Assembly (NCBI GenBank): GCA_964520615.1
Contig: CAZFNL010000137.1
Coordinates: forward strand, 148,898 to 212,897
Direction: 5' to 3'
Source: an uncultured Gammaproteobacteria bacterium
GTDB lineage: Bacteria; Patescibacteriota; Microgenomatia; 2-02-FULL-39-11
DNA: 64,000 bases
In this document: in pieces, positions 48,413-57,621 of the stretch
Position numbering within the stretch: position 1 is the stretch's first letter
Layout of the letters: each line of letters starts with the position of its first letter
Translations under genes and position numbers: made by a program
Notes under the pieces: model-generated
What the model saw: only the letters and a program-made list of their open reading frames with translations
Told to the model about the DNA's origin: nothing
Databases searched by the model: none

Positions 48413-48976
48413 CTAGTTGTTGGGGGCAATCGGGTGAAACCCGACGCCATCCGCAGAAAAGGTAGCGCCCGGCAAAGGGCACTGCACCGTTCGCGTAGTC
48501 CCATCCCAGCGATCGGATTTCTTCGGGATCTGCACCCAGCAGCCGCGCGCGTTTTGCGGTTCGGCGAATCCAGACCAATAGGTCAACATGCTGTTTTGAC
48601 CCGGGTGCTTAAAGGTAACCGGATGATCCGGGTCCCAATAACCCCACATGGTATGTTCGTCGTTACGCGACGTCCATTTTTCGGGTGAACCACCAATGTT
48701 GGTGCTGAGCCACTTCTGGGCATCAGCCACCGACATGGTATTCAAGCCCCACGGATCTGACTTCGCGACCGGCGCGACGGGCTGAACGGGCGCGACGGGC
48801 GCGGGCGGGTTGACGCTCTGAGTGATCGGCGCGGGTGTCCGCGGCCAGATCACATACGCCACCCCAGCTGTTACCACGCATCCCGCAACCAAGATCAAAA
48901 GGCATCCGCATTCCAAGCACCCGGTCAAAAGCTTGCCCCAATTGCGTTGGAGCCAGCCTTGCTGTTGCTCTTCCAT
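48413..48976 (-). CDS. Membrane-anchored hypothetical protein encoded in an anomalously high-GC segment
   Basis: Strong SD GGGAGG 5 nt before the ATG. N-terminal TM (LLILVAGCVVTAGVAYVIW), a PAPVAPVQPVAPV linker, and a 120-aa Trp-rich domain. Codon third positions are strongly G/C, unlike all neighbours. Confidence 0.5.
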   Translation of the reverse strand: MEEQQQGWLQRNWGKLLTGCLECGCLLILVAGCVVTAGVAYVIWPRTPAPITQSVNPPAPVAPVQPVAPVAKSDPWGLNTMSVADAQKWLSTNIGGSPEKWTSRNDEHTMWGYWDPDHPVTFKHPGQNSMLTYWSGFAEPQNARGCWVQIPKKSDRWDGTTRTVQCPLPGATFSADGVGFHPIAPNN

Positions 48977-48987
48977 TATTACCTCCC

Positions 48988-49009
48988 AAGCCGTTTGAGA
49001 AAACGGCTT
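48988..49009 (-). promoter_or_regulatory. 5'UTR stem-loop (9-bp stem, 4-nt loop) abutting the SD of the high-GC gene
   Basis: aagccgttt-gaga-aaacggctt. On the mRNA strand it ends 2 nt before GGGAGG. Confidence 0.4.
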
Positions 49010-49017
49010 GTGATTGT

Positions 49018-49033
49018 CCCAAAGGCCTTTGGG
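49018..49033. promoter_or_regulatory. Perfect 16-bp palindrome CCCAAAGGCCTTTGGG upstream of the high-GC gene
   Basis: It equals its own reverse complement exactly. It lies about 42-57 nt upstream of the ATG at 48976 on the transcribed strand. Confidence 0.45.
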
Positions 49034-49426
49034 GTCTTTGAGACACTAAGAACTTGACTTTGTCTGCCTCCCTCATCCGGCGCCGGAGCTACAGACACAA
49101 TGATCCCGGGATTGCAGAGAGCAAAAAGCCTCTCTGAATAGGCTAATATTTTTGACCTCCTCAGCCTATACTTTGATTAACCCCAAGATACCGGAAAACT
49201 GTAAATAAGAGCTATAAAAACTACCAACCAGTCTTATTCACATTTTTCCGGCATCAAGAGGATTTCCCTGAAAACTATGTCTGTAAATTTTAACAACCAA
49301 TTTTTTATTGCCCTTCTCCGGCAAAGCCGGATCAGGACAATTTTGCGTAATTCCAAAATTTACATTTTGGAAACGCAATATTGCGTTTCTGGTTTTTAAG
49401 GTGCGATTCCGATGAAACATCGGAAT

Positions 49427-49459
49427 AGTTGATAGTTAATAGTTTATGGTTGGCAGTTG
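49427..49459 (+). repeat. GTTAGT/GGTTGG degenerate repeat, copy (forward type)
   Basis: agttgatagttaatagtttatggttggcagttg, immediately after a 9-bp-stem hairpin at 49406-49426. Confidence 0.5.
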
Positions 49460-49771
49460 CACTTCACTGCGTTTGGTGTAAACAACTGCGCCAAAAACTA
49501 AAACTTCCAACTTTTCAGTCTTTGAGAGTCTGCAATCGCGATAGACTGCTTATCTTCCAGACTGACTCGGGCTTAAACCCAAGATGAAAAGAAATTGTTG
49601 TGGCGGGTTATGATCACACGTCACCCATAACCAATTTCCCTTCATCCTGGATATAATCTCTATTTAATTGTCAATACAGCTCTTACAAAAATATCCTCTC
49701 GCCTGTCGGAGGGGAGGAAACCTTTTACTCCATCCCGTTCCGGGCAGAACAAGAAAAGAGGACAAATTATT

Positions 49772-49848
49772 TTAGTTAGCAGTTGATGGTTGGCCGTTGA
49801 TGGTTCTTTTATTATGTTTCTAACTACTAACCACTAACTATTAACTAG
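49772..49848 (+). repeat. Pair of GTTAGT/GGTTGG repeat copies in inverted orientation (imperfect palindrome) abutting the stop of the gene at 49841..50509
   Basis: ttagttagcagttgatggttggccgttgatgg ... ctaactactaaccactaactattaactag. A 12-mer, tagttaatagtt, is shared with the copy at 49427. Confidence 0.5.
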
Positions 49849-50509
49849 TTACCGCTTTTTTTCTCAGATACAAACCTGATACAAGCGCTGATCCCAAACC
49901 GGCTAGTGACAATAACCAATGTTCGGGTCCGGCTTTAGGAGCGCTAGTGACAGTGATCTGTTTTTCTATACAAAACTGGCTTTCATCGTGGTCACTCTCT
50001 CCACCTGATGCGGCATCAACCGTATTTACCAAACAAACTACATTTTTATCAGACGGCAGGACTGCCGGGTGTACCGTCCTGACTTTTACTTCATACTGCT
50101 GGTCGGTACCTCCGGCAAGATTGTTTACCGTGAATGTTAAAACCCTTGAATTGCTATCATAACTGCCTGGACCCGACATAAAGTCCACATAGGACGGTAA
50201 AGCGTCTTTTACCGTGACGGTATCCAGTGTCTGGTCGCCGGAATTTTGTACATCGATATGGAAAGTGACTACCTGTTCAGGACGATATTTGGGGTCTGCC
50301 GGACCCAGGTTGTCCACAAAAACCCCTGTTGCAGGATTTTGTACAGTCTTGTTTACCAAAACCTGTCCGACCCGCGGACACTGTACTCCTCCACCGTAAA
50401 CTGGAGTACAACCTGTGCCGTATGCGCCGTCAGCAAAAATTGACTGGGGTAAAAATAAAGTTACCGAAAATAAGGTCAAAAAAAATACTGCCTGTTTCAG
50501 ACTTTTCAT
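49841..50509 (-). CDS. Secreted protein with C-terminal TM anchor and basic tail
   Basis: Signal peptide. VTFHIDVQNSGDQTLDTVTVKDALP resembles a DUF11-like repeat domain. C-terminus GPEHWLLSLAGLGSALVSGLYLRKKAVTS. Confidence 0.5.
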   Translation of the reverse strand: MKSLKQAVFFLTLFSVTLFLPQSIFADGAYGTGCTPVYGGGVQCPRVGQVLVNKTVQNPATGVFVDNLGPADPKYRPEQVVTFHIDVQNSGDQTLDTVTVKDALPSYVDFMSGPGSYDSNSRVLTFTVNNLAGGTDQQYEVKVRTVHPAVLPSDKNVVCLVNTVDAASGGESDHDESQFCIEKQITVTSAPKAGPEHWLLSLAGLGSALVSGLYLRKKAVTS

Positions 50510-50583
50510 AAAACTCCTTTTTTTGGGCAGATTAATAAGTTGCGGGGGATTATATCACGCTAAAAAGTAGTTGTCAAGTACTA

Positions 50584-50635
50584 TAGGTCAAAATTAGTTA
50601 GTGGTTGGTCGTTGGTGGTTGATAGTTAGAATTTA
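50584..50635 (+). repeat. GTTAGT/GGTTGG degenerate repeat, copy upstream of the four-helix-bundle gene
   Basis: ttagttagtggttggtcgttggtggttgatagttagaatttatagttgttag. Confidence 0.5.
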
Positions 50636-50673
50636 TAGTTGTTAGAAATAAAAAGTTATTCTAATATACGACT

Positions 50674-51054
50674 ATGGGAAAGATTACAAAACTGGGTGAT
50701 ATTGAAGTCTATAAAGAGGCTTTAACCTTAACTTCAGAGATTTATGCGCTTACAAGGAGCTACAAATTAAGAAAGGATTTTGCGTTAGTCGATCAGGTAC
50801 GACGCGCATCAATTTCAATTGCGGCAAATATAGCAGAAGGGTATGGCAGGAAATCCAAAGGTGATTTCTGCCGATTTCTTTCCATATCCTTAGGTTCAGT
50901 AAATGAAGTCATCACATATCTTGATTTTATAAGCTTTGAATATAAACTCGATACAAAACTGCTAACTGAAAAATTCAATAAACTGGCCAGCAGAGTCGCT
51001 TCATTTCGCAAATATTTAACTACTAACTACAAACTACCAACTGCTAACCAATAA
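50674..51054 (+). CDS. Four-helix-bundle protein (23S rRNA intervening-sequence protein / Avd-like family)
   Basis: ALTLTSEIYALTRSY...QVRRASISIAANIAEGYGRKSKGDFCRFLSISLGSVNEV matches the TIGR02436/PF05635 signature closely. Confidence 0.8.
   Translation: MGKITKLGDIEVYKEALTLTSEIYALTRSYKLRKDFALVDQVRRASISIAANIAEGYGRKSKGDFCRFLSISLGSVNEVITYLDFISFEYKLDTKLLTEKFNKLASRVASFRKYLTTNYKLPTANQ
51017..51051 (+). repeat. Inverted copy of the GTTAGT/GGTTGG repeat forming the last 12 codons of the four-helix-bundle gene
   Basis: taactactaactacaaactaccaactgctaaccaa. Its reverse complement is ttggttagcagttggtagtttgtagttagtagtta (compare 49772 ttagttagcagttg). Confidence 0.45.
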
Positions 51055-51057
51055 ATT

Positions 51058-52293
51058 ATGAAACCGAAGTACCATCCTTTTTTAGCCTTACAATTCCGAG
51101 ATTTCAGACTATTGTGGCTGGGGATGCTCATATCCAGAATAGGATCTGAAATGCAGGTGGTTGCCCTAAACTGGCAGATTTATCTTATCACCGGTTCCGC
51201 TCTTTCCCTTGGACTTATAGGGTTATCAAGATTTTTACCGATTATCTTTTTTTCACTGGCGGGAGGAATGATAGCGGATATCGCGGACCGAAAAAAACTG
51301 ATGATTGCGGCACAAACCGTATCTATGGCCACCGCTTTTATTTTCGCGATCACCACGTTTACCCACAATATCAGTCCCCTCCTCATCTATTTTCTCCTGG
51401 CGATAAACTCCATTGCTACTTCTTTTGAGACTCCCGCACGCCAGTCACTAGTACCCGCGCTCGTGCCTGAAAAATATTTCATCAACGCTGTCAGTCTCAA
51501 TACCATCATGTGGCAATCAGCCATGGTAATTGGCCCTACTATTGCGGGATTTATTATCGCTTTACACGGAGTCGGCGCGGTTTACACTCTCAATGCCTTT
51601 TCTTTTCTGGCGGTAATTTTTTCCCTTTTTGCCATATGTCCTCCGAAATCACCCCGGCCAATCAAGGTTGACTTTAATCTTGATACTGTAAGAGATGGAA
51701 TAAGATTTGTCAAAAACACTCCCATTATCTATTCCACTATGCTTTTGGACTTTTTTGCCACATTTTTTGCCTCAGCCACTGTCCTTTTGCCAATATTTGC
51801 CAAAGATATACTCAAAGTCGGACCCCAAGGGATGGGCATACTTTATGCGTCTGCCTCAATAGGAGCAGTTACCGCCGGTCTCTTTGTCTCCTCTTTGGGC
51901 CACATAAAACACCAGGGGAAAATACTACTTTTAGCAGTTTCAGTTTATGGCCTGGCCACGATTCTTTTTGGCATATCAAAATCATTTTATCTCTCGATAC
52001 TATTCCTCTTTCTGACCGGAGCAGGCGACGTCATCAGTACAATAATAAGAAATACGATTAGACAACTGGCTACACCTGACCATATAAGAGGCAGAATGGT
52101 TTCAATTAATATGATATTTTTTATGGGCGGGCCGCAGCTGGGTGAAACAGAAGCCGGAATTACGGCAGCGATGCTGGGCGCTCCTCTCTCTGTCGTCCTG
52201 GGAGGAGCGGGAACTCTGACCGCAGTGGGGCTTTTAGCTTTGCTTATTCCAAAACTGAGAAATTATCAGGGAGATGAGTTAATTACAAAATAG
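51058..52293 (+). CDS. MFS transporter
   Basis: 411 aa with 12 TM and a DRKKLM motif after TM2 (MFS signature). Confidence 0.8.
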   Translation: MKPKYHPFLALQFRDFRLLWLGMLISRIGSEMQVVALNWQIYLITGSALSLGLIGLSRFLPIIFFSLAGGMIADIADRKKLMIAAQTVSMATAFIFAITTFTHNISPLLIYFLLAINSIATSFETPARQSLVPALVPEKYFINAVSLNTIMWQSAMVIGPTIAGFIIALHGVGAVYTLNAFSFLAVIFSLFAICPPKSPRPIKVDFNLDTVRDGIRFVKNTPIIYSTMLLDFFATFFASATVLLPIFAKDILKVGPQGMGILYASASIGAVTAGLFVSSLGHIKHQGKILLLAVSVYGLATILFGISKSFYLSILFLFLTGAGDVISTIIRNTIRQLATPDHIRGRMVSINMIFFMGGPQLGETEAGITAAMLGAPLSVVLGGAGTLTAVGLLALLIPKLRNYQGDELITK

Positions 52294-52363
52294 TAAAAAA
52301 GTGGCGGGCGGTGTGCTAAAAACAGATAGATGTAATTCATTAGTTGATAATTGTTATTAGTAT

Positions 52364-53872
52364 ATGCCTGATTCTGAAAAAGAAAAATTAATTCTTGAAG
52401 AGTCTGTCTATGACCTCCGGGAGGATTTTGAAGAATTGGAGTATATTGCCCGGTCCGGAATAACTCAACTGAATAGATTTGAACTAAAGCTGAAACAAGT
52501 TAGAAAATCCATTATCCCCGAGATACTAATTGACACAAAGGATAATGTTAATCTTCTTCTCTCTCAATATAATAATCTCCTTCAAAGTTTATCTACCGCC
52601 AAAAAAGACCTAAATAAAGCAAATAAAAGTCAGAAAGCTATATTTGAGGCTTCTTTTCATAAAAGAGTCAACTTTGAAAAATTAAGGACCCTTTATAACC
52701 AAACCGCTGCAGCCCTTACAAGTCTTGACTGGCAATCTCCCACCGCTTCCCACACGCTTTTCTCCCAGGCAGGAAGCCAAACCGGCAAAATAAAAGCCAC
52801 TCTGGTTGATTACAAGCGTGACGCACATCTTGATGAAGCGGAATATGAGAAGAAATTCCTTAATCAATATATCGATTCTATGATAAAAATAGGCATAAAT
52901 ACCTACATGACCGCCAGCGGGATGGCAGCTTTCACCACCATTCTGAACTTTCTTCTGGGAGAAAAAAAAGTTTATGGAAAATTGCTTTTAGGAAGATCAT
53001 CCTACTTCCAATATAAGGATATACTGTTGAAACTATTAAATAACAAAATTATAGAATTTGATGAAACTGACACAGAGAAATTAAAAGCGTTAATCAATAA
53101 GATCAGGCCATCCGCCATATTTATCGACTCGCTTTGCAATGCTAAAAATATACCTGTTCCGGATATGAAAAGGTTGATGGATTATCTGCAAAAAAGATGC
53201 AACTGGGAGTTGTTTCTTGTCATTGACAATACCTGCCTTGCTACATCCTGCCAACCGTTTGACCTCCTTTCCCCTCTAAAAAGAAATATCGGCCTCATCG
53301 TCTTTGAAAGCCTGATGAAATACCACCATTTCGGCCTGGATAGGATAACAGGCGGTATAATTGCCGCAAGAGGAAAAGATATTGGTAAACTTTATGACTG
53401 GAGGAAAAACTCCGGCACCAACATCACTGATATGGGAGTTTATCAATTCCCTATTCCCCACCGGAAAATGCTGGACAGGCGGCTGAGGAGATTCTCAAGA
53501 AACGCCAGCATATTGACCCAAAAACTTCAACAATTTATAGACACTACAAACGGTAAATATGTAAATTCGATAATATGCCCTGCCCAAAAACCTACATTTA
53601 CAGGTAGTTTTTTCAATATCGGCTTCACTAAACCTGATATCAAATTGTATAAACATTTTATCAAAAGCGTCATGGAAGAAACCAAAAGGGCAAAAGCGGA
53701 ACTTCACCATGGAACAAGTTTTGGCCTTAATCACACCAGAATTTACCTTACTTCCTACTGGACCAGGTATGGCGATCCTTTTGTCCGTATCTCAGTTGGT
53801 ACCGAAAACCGGCTGGAGATGGAAAAAATATTGCATGTATTTAAGGAAGTAATCAGAAAGATGAATGATTAA
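52364..53872 (+). CDS. Cys/Met-metabolism-family PLP-dependent enzyme with roughly 170-aa N-terminal coiled extension
   Basis: ASGMAAF, VIDNTCLATSCQPFDLL and FESLMKYHHFGLDRITGGI correspond to SGMAAI / VDNTFATP / SATKYIGGHSD of the cystathionine gamma-synthase/lyase family. Confidence 0.65.
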   Translation: MPDSEKEKLILEESVYDLREDFEELEYIARSGITQLNRFELKLKQVRKSIIPEILIDTKDNVNLLLSQYNNLLQSLSTAKKDLNKANKSQKAIFEASFHKRVNFEKLRTLYNQTAAALTSLDWQSPTASHTLFSQAGSQTGKIKATLVDYKRDAHLDEAEYEKKFLNQYIDSMIKIGINTYMTASGMAAFTTILNFLLGEKKVYGKLLLGRSSYFQYKDILLKLLNNKIIEFDETDTEKLKALINKIRPSAIFIDSLCNAKNIPVPDMKRLMDYLQKRCNWELFLVIDNTCLATSCQPFDLLSPLKRNIGLIVFESLMKYHHFGLDRITGGIIAARGKDIGKLYDWRKNSGTNITDMGVYQFPIPHRKMLDRRLRRFSRNASILTQKLQQFIDTTNGKYVNSIICPAQKPTFTGSFFNIGFTKPDIKLYKHFIKSVMEETKRAKAELHHGTSFGLNHTRIYLTSYWTRYGDPFVRISVGTENRLEMEKILHVFKEVIRKMND

Positions 53873-53946
53873 TACAAGCTAAATCTCAAAGCTCAAATCA
53901 AAATGTAATTAGCGTAAATCTTGCAATCGAACATTTGAGATAAAAA

Positions 53947-54804
53947 ATGAAATCCGTTGCTCTTGTCACCTGGAAAGGTTATCCAAAACTATTTGACGGT
54001 GACAAACTGCTCATTGAACCGTTTCAAAAAAGCGGGTTTGCTCCTGCAGCTATTGCGTGGGATAAGAAAGGTATTGACTGGACCGATTTTGATATTGTGA
54101 TTCTGCGCTCAACCTGGGATTACCATACAAGACTGAAGGAATTCTATAATTGGATCGATCAGTGTATTGAGAAAAAGGTAAACCTTTGGAATCCTCCGGA
54201 AATAATCAGGTGGAATACTGATAAAAGGTACCTTTTTGATCTGCAGAAAATGGGCATCCATATTGTACCTACACTTTTGTGTACCAAAGATTCTATTGAT
54301 GACGCCAGAAATAATGCAATTTTAGCCGGATGGAAAAATATCATCATCAAACCAATTCATGGAGCCTCAAGCTATAAAACACTTAGGATAAATACTGCTG
54401 AATTTACTACTGGTAGTCCTTCTTTTACGAATCTGTCTTCAAAAGAAAACTTATTGATACAACCATTTATGGAAGAGATTATGACTGAAGGCGAATACTC
54501 TTTTGTCTTCATCAACAAAGAATATAGTCACGCCGTCTTAAAGGTTCCCCGAAAAAACGAATTCCGTTCCCAGAGGGAATTTGGCGGAAAGGAAATTGCG
54601 GTCAATCCGACTCAATCACTTATTTTTCAAGCACAAAAAGTACTCGATCACATTCCTTCTACTCTTTTATACGCACGGGTAGACGGAATCAATATAAAAG
54701 AACAATTCCATCTGATGGAACTTGAACTGACCGAGCCGTATCTCTTTTTTGAGAAAAAAGAAGGTTCGGCACAAAAGTTTGTCAAGGCCGCCATCGGTTT
54801 ATAG
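53947..54804 (+). CDS. ATP-grasp ligase, RimK/GshB-like (LysX-sized, 285 aa)
   Basis: RSTWDY...WNTDKRYLFDLQKMGIHIVPT is the pre-ATP-grasp plus grasp N-lobe pattern. C-terminal ARVDGI...MELELTEP. Confidence 0.6.
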   Translation: MKSVALVTWKGYPKLFDGDKLLIEPFQKSGFAPAAIAWDKKGIDWTDFDIVILRSTWDYHTRLKEFYNWIDQCIEKKVNLWNPPEIIRWNTDKRYLFDLQKMGIHIVPTLLCTKDSIDDARNNAILAGWKNIIIKPIHGASSYKTLRINTAEFTTGSPSFTNLSSKENLLIQPFMEEIMTEGEYSFVFINKEYSHAVLKVPRKNEFRSQREFGGKEIAVNPTQSLIFQAQKVLDHIPSTLLYARVDGINIKEQFHLMELELTEPYLFFEKKEGSAQKFVKAAIGL

Positions 54805-55068
54805 CAGATCCTTTTTCATATCCTGGAATTGTCTTTTGGTGATTTCACCCTTGGCATAACGCTCACGCAAAATCTCAACCGCTGTATCCTCTTCTGTTTC
54901 TCTGTTATTTGCCTCTTCACTTCCTGATTTATCCCCTTTATCATGAGAGCCAAGAAGGAGAACGAGTATTAATCCTGCCAGAAATACAATAAAAAGTATC
55001 CAGAAAAGTGAAGGAAAACCCCAACCCATTCCCCCTCCATATCCATAATGCAACCACATATTTGTCAC
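54799..55068 (-). CDS. SHOCT-domain small membrane protein
   Basis: C-terminal LRERYAKGEITKRQFQDMKKDL is the SHOCT motif. N-terminal TM. Confidence 0.6.
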   Translation of the reverse strand: MTNMWLHYGYGGGMGWGFPSLFWILFIVFLAGLILVLLLGSHDKGDKSGSEEANNRETEEDTAVEILRERYAKGEITKRQFQDMKKDLL

Positions 55069-55158
55069 CTTCTTTCTTGCTCCTGTAAATTAAAAACATA
55101 CCCAATATATAACCGGAAGCTGAAAAATTGCTGAAAGAAAAGTTATTGTGGCGTAAAT

Positions 55159-57619
<2,461 letters not shown>

Positions 57620-57621
57620 AT

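Noticed and set aside
48303-49076. Several overlapping ORFs in the high-GC island (48303..48578-, 48307..48504-, 48389..48688+, 48723..49076-, 48835..49041+)
   Set aside because: High GC suppresses stop codons in all frames. Only 48413..48976 has a strong SD, a sensible TM-plus-domain protein and third-position GC bias consistent with a single reading frame.
48413-51054. Diversity-generating retroelement centred on the Avd-like four-helix-bundle gene
   Set aside because: No reverse-transcriptase ORF is present in the window, and I could not find a TR/VR-type repeat of about 100 bp between the intergenic gap and the 3' ends of the candidate target genes.
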